Shown here one piece after another: positions 28,500 to 42,768 of a stretch of DNA of 64,000 nt (position 1 is the stretch's first letter; every line of letters begins with the position of its first letter). Where the stretch lies: NCBI GenBank assembly GCA_965178125.1, contig OZ237770.1, positions 248,001 to 312,000 of the forward strand, written 5' to 3'. The notes beneath the pieces are model-generated. The model was not told the DNA's origin, ran no database searches, and saw nothing but the letters and a program-made list of their open reading frames with translations. The position numbers and the translations under genes are program-made. The stretch comes from Bilabrum cf. latius. Its lineage: Eukaryota.

Positions 28500-29588
28500 T
28501 TAACTGGGAAGTTCCGGTGCGGGTGATGACGACACGCACCACCCGGATGCGTGCGAGGATCCCTAGGATTGGGTGCGTTGGGAGGAAGCAGGCCTCTGTG
28601 AAAATTTGGCTCCATGCGTGTCCCATGTCTGCTACTGCCAGTGTAACTGGGTCATCGGAGTCGACGTCGCGTGTGCTGCTTCGGGTGCGATGGCATCAGG
28701 ATGCACTACACTGTGATGCACTCCTCTTGGGATCGCGCTTCCCACTGCACCACTTGTGATCCACGCCGCTCCCTGTGCGCTGTTATCCCACATGTGCCTC
28801 CCACCTGCACCCCCACCTGCACCCCCACCTGCACCCCCACCTGCACCCCCACCTGCACCCCCACCTGCACCCCCAGTCGAGTGCACCATGCCTTGCCAGT
28901 GGTCGGGCATGGTACCTTCGCTGCCGATCGGGAGAGCTGCAGGAGCAGGGGCTCCAGGGGGTCCGGGGGGAGGCATGAGGCCCGTTGGTGGCTCCATCGG
29001 TCCTGCTGTGCGCATAGAAGGCTCGGCGGGCAGCTCGCAAGCCAAGCTTCGGCATCTTGGAACAGAACTTGAGTCGAAGGTTCGCTCTGGAGCCAGCACA
29101 GGCAGATCACGAGCGCCAGGCCGGCCCCATATGGGCTCTAACTATCTATCATTCGTGTGCAATAGGGCATGGCTAGCAGCTGTGTTGTGTTTCCTTCCAC
29201 TGCTGGCTTCTGCTGTGGGACCACGACCATGCTTCGGAGATACGGCGAGTTCTTGCCGAGGTTCGGCACTTCTGACGCGCCGGCTATCCTCGACTTCTTT
29301 TGGGCTCGACTCAAGACCTTTATCGGCTGCAATACTATGCACAATGGCTTCTAGGCCCCTGATGGCTCTCCGAGCTTCTTTAACTCGCCTGGCAACTGAA
29401 GCGATCCGGGATTCTTTGTGACATGCACCGGATGCTTCGGCATCGTCCAGACGAGCCATCAATTCCCGGGACATCGCCAGTGCATCCTCCCAAGTCGTGT
29501 TCTACACATGTATGGCGTCCAGTCGTCCCTCAGACCCCGTACAGCTGCTGTGGGCCTGTTGAGCACGCATGTGCGGTCTGCGGTCCAT
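28500..29588 (-). CDS. Orphan family protein, copy 4 (diverged)
   Basis: ATG 29588; IHV[TAG]NTTWEDALAMS...VARRVKEARRAIRGLE; TAGs at 29502, 29142, 28632 and ~28563; ends TAA 28500-28502. Confidence 0.65.
28799..28874 (-). repeat. 12-bp minisatellite (CCCCACCTGCAC)x~6 encoding GGAG repeats in copy 4
   Basis: Directly visible. Confidence 0.9.
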
Positions 29589-29882
29589 CTCAGCGGTTGA
29601 ACTAGTATCGAGATACCAGGTCTTACTGCACGGCGAAGCTCAGTTGAAAGCACGGAAACGACTTGAAAAGCGTGATATTACCGATAGTGCCACGGCAGGT
29701 ATTCAGCAAAGCTAATGCGGCGGTGCCTCTCAACGGTGCCACTGGTGGCTTGCCGCAGGTCTTCTTCACTCAGATTGTGTCGTCCGACGCCTGGCGGCAA
29801 TCGCTATCGGCTGGCTCGTTGCATGCATTAGCTTTGGTTGCGCAAACGATCTGCACTTAGCACATGGATCTCACGCCTACCC

Positions 29883-32356
29883 TCACACATAGCGCAGCCG
29901 CCGATCGCCCGCAAGGCTACTAGAGTACTCGCACCCCACCGCTCCGGGCTACTACTCTCCATTTATTAGATCGCCACTGGCAGAGATAATGCCACCCGTT
30001 GGTGCCCCTTCAAGGAAACCAGCGCCCTGCCAGGAGCCCCAGTTCTGCACGCGGCAGCCCGCCATCCACGGGTCACCACCTCTCTCGTATGCCCCCACGT
30101 CGGGGGCGCGGCCCACGTACCCGTCCGTGTAGGGGGGGAACACCTCCCCCGCATCGACCAGGGGTGACCCCTCCTGGGGGGTGAAATTAAACACCGGGGG
30201 GTAGGGTGCAGTCAGCCGCATGGACTCTACATCGACGTGCTAGACGTGGGAGAAGTTGCCCCCAGGCGGTCCTGTGTAGTTCTTGGCGCATCCCGCGAGC
30301 GACTTTGCTGTGAGCAGTGCGGAGTTGAACACCTGCGTCTCGTTGTTCTGGCGGGGCAGGGACGGCTGCCTGTGCGGCTGCCAGGGCTTGCTGGGCTCGG
30401 GGCACGACGGCGAGTTGAAGTCAACCACGCTGGAGTTGAAGAGGGTGTTGGCGTACATGAGGTGGTAGTCGCCCTTGAGCACAAGGCCGTACCCAGCCTT
30501 GTTCCGGTCTGACAGGGGAGTACCGCAGTTGAATGCAACCACATGGTGCACCGACACGTGCCTGGATTGATCGTCGAAACGGACGCACTTCTCCCTAGCG
30601 TCATGCGCCCAGATGTGTGGTCGAATGTCGTGTTCCTGTCTTTGTAGCTGCTCGTGTAGATGTTGGCTGAATCGAGGCCGATCAGACCCCCGTGGTGCGC
30701 GTGCGAGTAGCCCACGCGGTTGTCCCCGTTGCTCACCACGATCCCGGCGTTCCCGAAGAACCGAGCAGTAACGTGCAGAATCTGGTTTCCACCGGACCCC
30801 GCCGACAGGGCCGGCTGGTGCAAGGTGCCCAGGGAGGAGACTGCCTCGATCAGCACGTCCTCGACGGTGTTGTTGCTGCCCACAATGCCGAGCCCAGTGC
30901 CCGTTGAATACCTCGTCCTGATCCTGCTTGCCCTGCCCCCTTTCGCAATGAGCCTCGTGTGGTTGGCCTTGACTCCGTGCCTGCGCTGGGTGCTGTTGTC
31001 CGGCAGGGTCCCCCACGCGATCGGGTCCCACGTGGGGAACAACACGTCCATATCTTCCACCACGGAGGGCAGATCGGCACTTGCACCGACCGAAAAGGTG
31101 CAGCCCACGAATGTGAGATTGGCCACTGTCAGTGCAGACCCAACGCCAGGCACGGCTGTGGCGCTGTCCGCTCGGCTGGAATCACCCCTGCCACTGGCGA
31201 ACGAACGGCGCCCAGGCATGACCGGGGAGGAGCCGGCCGTGTCGATGCAGAAGTCCTTCCCTCGCACGAAGAATCTGCCCGGCGGGGGATTGACTGCGCT
31301 CCCGATTGAATGCATGGCTCCATGCGCCTACCTAGTCTCCTACCCCTCGCCTGCGGGGGCTGGAGGAATCACGACGAACGTTCGATCTGGGAGTTCTTTG
31401 GACACGGGAGTTCCAGGCACAGCCACACCGGTACTCGCAGCCCCCTGCGAACCGTCGCCCAGATCTGGCATGGGGGACTGCCCCGTCACCAGCCACTCCC
31501 CCGGGTGGTCTAGGGCAGCTAGCACCCCGGACAGGAAGAACTGGTTTTGCGACCAAAACTCCGCAGTAGGGTTCGCGTAGTATCCGTTGATGCCGGGCAG
31601 ATTCGTGGGGTAGCTGATGTGGTCCGCCCCCTTGGTTGTGTTCCCCAGCACGGCCCTGGACCACGTGTAGAATTGGTGTGATACGCCGAGAGTCGCCCTT
31701 GCCCCCGCCCAATCGACCCCCGATGCCGCCAGCCGATTCGATCGGATCGTTCCGTACACGCTCCCCTTTGCGGTGGGGGCCCAAGAGGATGAGTTCCAGT
31801 ACTCTGCCAGGGAATCCACGTTGGGCCATCGCGCCTCCACCAGAGCGGTCGTGCCCATGGCACCGACGGTGGTGGTGGTAATCCTGCCACTGCTGCTGCT
31901 GCTGCTGGTGGTGGTGCCGACTGGCTATTCCCAGAAGGCCTGCTTGACCCTCTCCGGCGATCCCAATGGCAGCGCGGCTGCAAACGATCCAGCCACCGGG
32001 CCCTGCGTCCACGGGCCGGTCACCTCCAGGCGCCCGTCGAGCGTGACACCACCCCCGCCCGCCTGGCCCCTTAACACAAGCCCCGCTGGGTATTCACGGG
32101 GCAGTTGCAAACGGTAGTGGTGTGCAGGACCGTACGATCCCCGTACGATGGTGCATGTGTAGCGTTGGCTCGCGCTGCTCTTTGCCTAGCTTGCTTCAGA
32201 CAGCATTCGTCCGGCACATTCGCCAACTGAAGCAAGGGGTTCGCTATCAAACTATCCTGCTGCTGCATCATCGCCGTGCACCGGGTCTATGAACAGCTCC
32301 ATACCAGCCACGAACTGGGATGCGCTAGCTAGTGCAACTGCAACAACAATTTGCAT
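29883..32356 (-). CDS. Secreted right-handed parallel beta-helix (pectin-lyase-like fold) protein, intronless, with one apparent frameshift
   Basis: Signal peptide then FIDPVHGDD...PLASV; beta-helix-like repeats (GSNNTVEDVLIE, GDNRVGYSHAHH); C-terminal FTPQEGSPLVDAG...APDVGAYERG; multiple TAGs; frame change near 30615; ends TGA 29883-29885. Confidence 0.7.
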
Positions 32357-32595
32357 TGCTCCACTGGCAGTCACAATTGATGTTATTTAGTGTGTCACCT
32401 CCGAAATTTATGTAGATATATCAATAAATACGCAATATCTGTAGCAATTATGTGTTCTGGGGAGCTTGCGTTGCGGTGGTTCGGATCGCGCGTAGCGCCG
32501 AATGGTTCGCGTCGGTCCAGATGGTCAACCAAACCACACGTTACTGTTTCAAAAATGAGACTGTTCGGAGGCGGGGTGGATCAATTGTTTCGCCA

Positions 32596-35500
32596 ATGGA
32601 GACCCATAGGCGAGGGCGTGGCCAGCCAGGCTTCTCTACGCCTAGCTAGTCTAATGGATTCGACGTTGAGGGCGGGAGGCCGATGGACCAGGCATCCGCA
32701 GGGCGATCGTAGGCGGGGACGGGTGGTCTAGCATCTCCTAGCTTGCCAGCGGCACCATCCGCCCGTTCTGGTGCAACTGCTCGCTCCATGCCAGCATTTC
32801 CTAAGGGAGGATTTGTGAGATACTACCAGCACGATCCTTACGATCAGACATGGCACCGACTGGTCCAAAGTCGTTCAGTTGTGCACGTCACAATTGCATT
32901 TCGGTTCATCTGAGCTACGAAGCATATCTGCTCCGGGTAATCAAGACATTATCTTTGTATCGCAGACAAAAGCTCGCAATCGTGGGGTTCAGTCCAAGAT
33001 GGGAACGAACCGGCTGCTGCAGATCGCCGGCGGCATTGCCGCTGCCACGTTGCTCCTCTACTACTTCGTGGGGGAGTTCAGGTACCTGCTAGTCGTGATG
33101 GGAATATGCGGATGCGGCCTTGTATTTGCACGGTACTTGATGGAGTGGGTGCTCGCGAAGGATGACGGCACGGAGGACATGAGGCGCATATCGGATTCGA
33201 TCCGACAGGGGTCCGACGGTGAGAATACCTACTCTAGTGGTACACTTGATGAACACTTTGGAGCGGCCGTTGGGGCGCTGGCACGTTGCTTGTGCGCTTG
33301 CATCGCTCATTCGCTCATTCCCGAGTATCTCACGGCTTGTGCTAGCATAGCGTGGAGGTCGCTCGCTCTTGCCCACCCATCAGCAAGCCGCCTCCGATGA
33401 CGGTGATCCCGCACGCACACGCACACGCGCACGCACTCTGCACATCAGCAGTCACTCGTCACACTTATTATCGTTCATCACACTCCGCAGGCTTCCTCCG
33501 CATCCAGTACAGCGCCATTGCTCGCCTTGCCGTGGTGGTCACGGGCGTGATCTTCATGTCGTACAAGCTGCGGCCCAGCGACCTGACCTCCGGCACGGGG
33601 GTGGACTCGCTTGGCAGCACAACACTAGGACTCATCGGCTGCATCTCGTTCGTCCTTGGGGCCGCGTGCTCCGCCGCGGCGGGTTACGTGTCCATGTGGG
33701 TTGCAGCCCGCGCCAACATCCGGGTGGCGTCAGCGGCGAGGAGGTCGTACCAAGAGGCGCTGGCCATCTGTTTCCGGGGAGGTGCGTTCAGTGCCGTGCT
33801 GGTCATCGCGCTTTGTGTGGTGGGTATCGCTGCCCTTCAGTGGATCATGCACCTGCTGTTCGTCACAGAGGCGGCAGAGCGGGGCGAGGAGGGTGCGTGG
33901 GGTGTGTCTTCCAGCGATGTGCCGCTCCTGACGGTGGGCTACGGTTTTGGGGCCTCTTTCGTGGCTCTCTTCATGCAGCTGGGCGGGGGGGTATACACCA
34001 AGGCAGCCGATGTGGGAGCCGACATGGTGGGGAAGATCGAGGCGGGGATCCCCGAGGATGACCCCAGGAACCCCGCGGTGATCGCCGACCTGGTTGGGGA
34101 CATGGTGGGGGATTGCGTGGGGTCAGCCGCAGATATCTTCGAATCAATCGCTGCTGAGATCATCGGAGCCATGATCCTGGGTGGTTCCCTGGCCAAAGAG
34201 GCCGGTGTCGACCACCCGCAGGCCTTCGTGTTCTTCCCACTGATGGTGCACGCCTTCGACATCATCGTGTCGAGCGCGGGCATCATGTTTGTGGGAGACG
34301 GCACCCAGAGGAACAAGACGGACAACCCCATGACTCCGCTGAAGAAGGGATACGCGGTGGCTCTAGGTCTCGCTGCTCTGCTGTTCGCGGTTGCAACCCG
34401 GTGGATGCTGCACAGCGATGACGCGCCATACGCCTGGCTGCACTTTCTGGCGTGCGGTGCATGCGGGATGGTCACCTCCATGATCTTCGTGCAGAGCACG
34501 CAGTACTACACGGACTACAACCAGGCCCCCGTCATCTCCATCGCGGATGCATCCAGGACGGGCCACGGGACCAACATCATCCAGGGGGTCGCAGTGGGCA
34601 TGCGGTCCACGGCCATACCCGTTCTATCCGTTGCGTGCGCCGTGATTGCGTCCTACTGGCTGGGCCGGACCTCGGGTATTGGGGGAGGGAACAAGGCGGG
34701 GCTGCTGGGCACCGCGGTTGCAACCATGGGCATGCTGTCCTCCGCGGGGTACATCCTCAGCATGAACGCGTTCGGGCCGATCGCGGACAACGCGGGCGGT
34801 ATCGTGGAGATGTCGGGCTAGCCAGAGGCTGTCCGGGAGGCGACCGACTCCCTGGACGCAGCTGGCAATGTGACCAAGGCGATCACCAAGGGGTACTCGA
34901 TCGGGTCAGCTGCGCTTGCCTGCTTTTTGCTCTTTGGGGCCCTGCTGGACGAGTTCTCTGCGTTCGCCGGGCGAACGTTCGATCGCGTGGACCTGACGAC
35001 TCCGGAGGTGCTGGTGGGCGGTCTCCTGGGCGTGATGATGGTGTTCTACTTTGTGGGCCTATCCGTGGATGCCGTGAGCCGCACGGCGCAGCAGGTCGTT
35101 GTAGAGGTGCGGAGACAGCTGAGGGAGAGGCCTGGTATCATGGACTTCAAAGAGAGGCCTGATTACAAGGCGTGCGTGTCAATCGTGACCCAGGCCGCTC
35201 TCAAGGAGATGCGGTTCCCTGGGATCCTGACCGTGGCCATGCCGGTGGCCGTAGGGGTGGTGTTTCGAGTCGTCGGCGAGTACACTGGGAGGGTGCTGCT
35301 GGGTGCAGAGGTGCTCTGCTCCTTCCTCATGTTTGCCACTGTATCGGGCGTGCTCATGGCCTTGTTCCTTGACAACGTGGGGGGAGCCTGGGACAACGCC
35401 AAGAAGCTGGTGGAGAAAGAGCCCAGGTACGGGGGCAAGGGATCGGAGACGCACAAAGCGGCGGTTACGGGTGACACTGTCGGCGATCCGTTCAAGGACA

Positions 35501-35715
35501 CGGCGGGCCCCTCGCTGCACGTTGTGATCAAGCTGCTGTCCACCACCATCCTGGTGCTCGGCCCTCTCTTCGTGAGGCACGTGGGGCCACTGACAGAGGC
35601 GGAAGGGGGTCTTGCAGCTGCTGCAGGGGGGCTAGGTGGGGGGCTGGGGGATCCTCGGGCTGCTGCGGCGGCGCTGGGGGGGACAGGGGTACCTACCCCG
35701 GACGAGGCCTGGTGA
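32596..35715 (+). CDS. Type II (K+-independent, AVP2-like) H+-translocating pyrophosphatase
   Basis: GGVYTKAADVGADMVGKIE, EDDPRNPAVIAD, GPIADNAGGIVEMSG[TAG]PEAVRE, GNVTKA (Lys variant), GDTVGDPFKDTAGP; introns 32815-32965 and 33219-33490; ends TGA. Confidence 0.95.
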
Positions 35716-36361
35716 GCTGAAGTGGTGTAGGGGGGAGCGGGGGGGGGTGGGTAGTGGTACTCTATGGGGTGCTTGCCGCCTCTGTCTCTGATGGTAAGGA
35801 CCCCGTGGGTTGGGTGGGTGCGTGTGCGTGTGCCTATTTATGGGCGTACCCATCAGCACGGGCATCGGCATTCGGGATGCGGCGGGCCTTGTATGCACAC
35901 GGGCGGCCTCGGTCACTATGCGGCCAGCCGGGTCTACAGCGCAATGCAGTGCATTCGGATTGCCGCGACTGCCCGCCTGACATACTTGCCGCGCTTGCAC
36001 CTGCATTTGAGTACAAATTGGTCACATTCTGCTTCACGTACCATACATTGCCACGCTTCCCTCTGGTTTCGGGGCTCTGCGGCTGGGGGTCAAACCAAGC
36101 AAGGAATATTTGCACGCAGGCTCTGTTTGCATTACTCAGTCCAGTCCTCCCCACATGCTGGAGAGGAGCAGTCTCATGATCCCGGAGGCCAAACGTGCAC
36201 CTCGCTGGCTAAGCTTATGACTTGCGACCACTTAATGCGCGCCGTTGCGACCATCAAACGGTTGCAACCAATCGCCGAGTTTTCGATCCACCGTTCCATA
36301 GCCATCTGAAACTATACTGCGTTCAGTCAAAGCATTAGGCACCAACACAGAACGCCGAAAC

Positions 36362-36763
36362 ATGGAATAGCGTGAAGTGTCTTGCGCGGAAGCCAGTGGA
36401 CTCAGCACGAGCACGCGTTGGGGCGAGTATTCTGCAGAATCGCATGGCTCCAAGGCAACGGAAAAAGAACAGAAAGAAAGTACATCCGCGCTCTCTGTGG
36501 CAATTGAAGTCCAAACACGATCATCTGCCTCGCGAGAGACGTCTGACTTGTCTTCCGCGAGGACTATGGCAGCAGATGGGCGCTCCGCTGACGACGGACG
36601 TGATAGCGACATGATGGAGAGACAAACTATCATAGAGTCAGAGAAGTCATTGCAACTGTAGCAGTTGGTAAGCCAGGCAAGAAACGGGGTGGAGGTCCCC
36701 TGGGACAACAAGGAATCTTCATGGGGAGGCATGCACCTCGGGGGACTGACAGGCTGGGAGTGA
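36362..36763 (+). CDS. Hypothetical small protein (visible only with TAG=Gln)
   Basis: ATG 36362, TAGs at 36368 and 36659, TGA 36761-36763; no homology recognised. Confidence 0.25.
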
Positions 36764-37511
36764 TATTCAACGAGCGGCAGCAACTGTCTAGACAGCACAG
36801 AGATCATTGTCAGAGATATTGTCTTTGCTTGTTTTTAACATTATTCGCTTTTAACCTGTGGAATAATCAATACAATTTGGAACGTTCAGAGACCACTCAC
36901 TCTACCCCAATTCGCCCATGACACTTGGATTTGGGAGCACACGTGAAAATAACTAACCGTTTTATGTCGTATGTATGGACGAGTTTTCATCGAGGTTCCG
37001 CACTCAGATACTACTATCTGGTTCCTGGATGGGCTTGCGTTCCATCCGAGTCAACAACTCAGGCGGCGTAGCGATGCAAGTCCCATCCAGAGCGCTCCTT
37101 GGCGCCTATAGCAGCAAACTCAGCGACATGGGGGATTCCATGTGTCGTAATTGTAGCTTGGTGGCTAACATAACAAGTCGGCGAGACCGCACGGAGAAAT
37201 GGGCGCGCGAACCATCGGCGATTACGCTCAAGGTAAAGAACAGAGGTCATCACAACGCAAATCCACAACTCGAATTAGAATGTATTGTTAGTACTTAACG
37301 CCCCGGCCTAACGTGCCGCATAGGCCTCTCCATACGCCGAGAAGAGCTGAACATGCACGCATTTTCTCCGGGCAACAGCCGATTCGGGCGCCGTATCGGC
37401 ACTGCATTCAAACAGGGTGAAGCCGATAGGAGTATTTATTCCATATATTAAAAAGGGAGACAATTAAGCGACGGTGTCTGATTTGCCGCAATGAATGATC
37501 ATCTACAGGCT

Positions 37512-39629
<2,118 letters not shown>

Positions 39630-39836
39630 CGTGGAGAAACGCCGTCGCTGTATCGGTCCTCGCACCACGTTAGCCCAGATTCCGCTCAGTGATTTGGCAA
39701 AAATGACTGAAAGAAAGCGGCAAAACCTGAAACTTGTGGCAAACGAGTGTTGTTGTCGGGTGCACTCGTGCAGTGCATCTGCTGCACAACGGATGGCAAC
39801 GCATTGACCTCACGTTGTGAGCCGATACACGAAGTC

Positions 39837-40479
39837 ATGGCCGCTGAAGCCGGACTGGGAGAAGATACAGGACTATCATCACTCACCGAAGAAGAGCTGG
39901 AGTCGCACAGACGGCGAATTAAGGCAGCATTTGAGATGTTTGCAGCACAGGGCGACGAGGGCGTGCTGTCCGAAGAGTAAGGCTTATTCGTGTGCAAAAC
40001 TCAGCATTACACACCCACGTATACGTGTTAGGATTACATCACGTCACTTTTCTTGCAAGCCGTGCCGCAGCGAGGTACCTAACGCGCTGCGATACTTGGG
40101 CATCTTCGCCTCCGACGAGCAGCTTGCATCGGAGATTATCGAAGGAATGCACGATGATGCCCCCGCGTCGTTCATTCGCTACCCCAGCTTCGAGGCCAAG
40201 GCGCTGGAGCTGCTGCAAACCGGGGAGTGCGCGCCGGATTCAGAGGACCAGCTGCTGCGCGCCTTTCGCACCTTTGATCCCGACAACACGGGCTACGTGC
40301 CTGTGGACAAGATGAAGCAGCTACTCCTGAAAGACGGCACGGCGCCTTTCCGCGAGAAGGAGTTTGAGTCCTTTCTGCGCGTGGCGCGGGACAAGAGCAA
40401 GCCGGACATGATCCAGTACGAAGACTACGTCGCTCTGCTGCTCAAGCAGGTGGACACCATCGAGAAGCTGCCCGAGTGA
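39837..40479 (+). CDS. EFCAB2: EF-hand protein, dynein regulatory complex subunit DRC8/EFCAB2-like
   Basis: IKAAFEMF; intron 39977-40070; EVPNALRYLG; SEDQLLRAFRTFDPDNTGYV; APFREKE; ends TGA. Confidence 0.7.
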
Positions 40480-41123
40480 CGAGTGCGCGCGTGCTAGCAG
40501 GACAGTAGGTACGGCTTAATACTGATTAATGCCGGTACCGGCTTCACCCACCTCCCATGCATTCCCAGACGAGTCACAGTGCCTACTAACCCGCACTCTA
40601 TCGCGAGCGGCGGGAGGTGTGGGGTGGTTAGAGGCGGATGGGATGGCCGCAATCAAGGACTGCTACTGGCAGAGGGAGAATTGCACCGACCAGATAGGGG
40701 GCTGCAGTGTGCGCCAATTGCTCGATAACCTATCGCGGCAGGGTCTAGGCAGGCGGATCGACTCGGCCTCACCGCACCAGATTACGGATCGACGGCGGAG
40801 CCTCTCGGCGAAGCAAGCAAACGGCGGAGCAAGCAAACGGTCCCAGTTGCAATCATACCAACTGGGGATCCCTATCCAGGTGCAATATGGTGTGGCTGCA
40901 ATGCAGCCGCTGCATTGGGTCGATGAGCTACTCAACGACAACCCTCTGGCACTCGGCAGGGACCGACACACTGCACCTGGCTGCAGTGCATTACCGGTTG
41001 TACTGCACTGCATTGCATCATTTAGATCCATGGATACAGTGCTAGTGGTGGCAGTACTACATACGGTAATCAATAAACAAGCCGACACATTCCCCATTCA
41101 GGCGGGTCAGTCAGTCATGCCTT

Positions 41124-42620
41124 TCACCCGTCCGACTTGCCCTCCCCCTGCCCTTGCCCACCTACTTTGGGTCTCTCACTCGGGCTGCCATACTCTGCCC
41201 CCTGCGCCTCCCCTTGGCCCTTGCCAGTGGGACTAGACCAAGCCTGCTCCTGCCGATGGTGCGGAGAGGATGCCGAGTCTCCGCCTGCGGCAGCAGCAGC
41301 AGCCTGCACCCGATAGGCCCGCTCCGCACCCCCATTCGTTGTTCCCTGGGCCATCTCCAGGTCCCCCGCTTTCAGCTCCGAGTCCGCCCACTCGTCAGCG
41401 CTCGGCTGGTTCCAGGTGTGGGCCCCCTCCATCCCATGCCTCTCGTAGGTGGGGTCCGTCACGTCCCCCTTCCTTCGGCACAGGAGGGTGCAGCCCACGC
41501 AAAGCGCTACAAGCATGGCGAGACCCACGGCCAGTCCCGCGAAGAAGAGGCCAAAGTACCTGTCCTCCAGCTCGCTCAGGCCCGCTTCCTTGCACCCGGG
41601 CAGCTAGAAAGTCCCGTCTGGTGCGCTCTCGCACAGCGCCTTGGCATCGCTGGGGGAGGTGGCGCCACCCGGCCCTGGGCCAGTGCACAGCCACGATGCG
41701 TTGGCTGCAAGCGCTCCCTGCGGGGCCGGACACCCCCCCTCCGCCGGTCGGTCCCACGGGCACTCGTACCCGCAGCAATCGTGTTCCCTCTGCGCCCTGG
41801 CTGCCTCCTCGGGGAACTCGCACCACCAATCGCTGAACTGCTCGTTGTAGACTCCGTCGTCAAAGGCGAAGATGGAGCCGCCTGTAATGTACAGCACCAG
41901 CGCCACGAAGACGAGGAAAAGGTACTGCGGGGATATCAACAATCAGATACGACGTGAGCGAGCAGTGGGGTCGAGGCGAGCACACATGGCCGGCCAAGCA
42001 AGGGCGCTGTTGCCAACTGGATCGCGCGCTTGCCGCATCTCCCAGAGTGAGCGTGGCAGTAAAGATACCCAGCACTGGTGTAGTGGAGCGGACCGAACAG
42101 AAGTGAAAAACTGCAGCATAGTTCTCTCAAGGGCCGACTTGCTAGATCTACGCGGGGGTGGATCGCAGATCGCACACTCGATCGCGGCGTATTGCTGCAG
42201 CTATGCAACGCAGCGACTGCCATGCGGTTGGTTTCTCACAATAATAATGCCGCATTTGTTATTGTACCTAAATGAGCATTCTCCAAAGCAGCTCGTGCAC
42301 AGGACCACAGGGCCGAAAATAATGGCCGCGATTGCTGGCCCGGTCGACGACAAGGCCCCATATGGCCCTGAAGCGGCCCATATCCACACAGCTATAGACA
42401 CTATTGCCACAAGCCCAAAGAATACATTTACAGCGAGCATGACAGTTGGTCCATTCTGAACAATGCAGCTATCGGAGGAGGACACTGCGTCGTCTGATCT
42501 TTGAGTGCTGTTCGCAAATTTGTTTGCTCGCAATTCCTCTCGCTTGCGCGCTCGCTCGATAATGCGCTATTGTATGAGAGACTGCGGCTCGCCTCCATTG
42601 TCCGACGCTTGTCCGCTCAT
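41124..42620 (-). CDS. Tetraspanin-like protein
   Basis: ATG 42620 (reached via TAG 42567); TM helices; intron 41925-42239; QREHDCCG motif; F[TAG]LPGC before the last TM; ends TGA. Confidence 0.8.
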
Positions 42621-42768
42621 TGGGTAGCGGGTGCTGTAAACTGACAAGTATGATTTATCCTCGCGGAAGGTTGAATTAGCACGGTACAACAAGATTCTTG
42701 AAGAAAAAGTCCAGTTTCGTGATACTGTCAGCGCGCCGATCCCCTGTTGTGCTGATATCTTGGGACAT

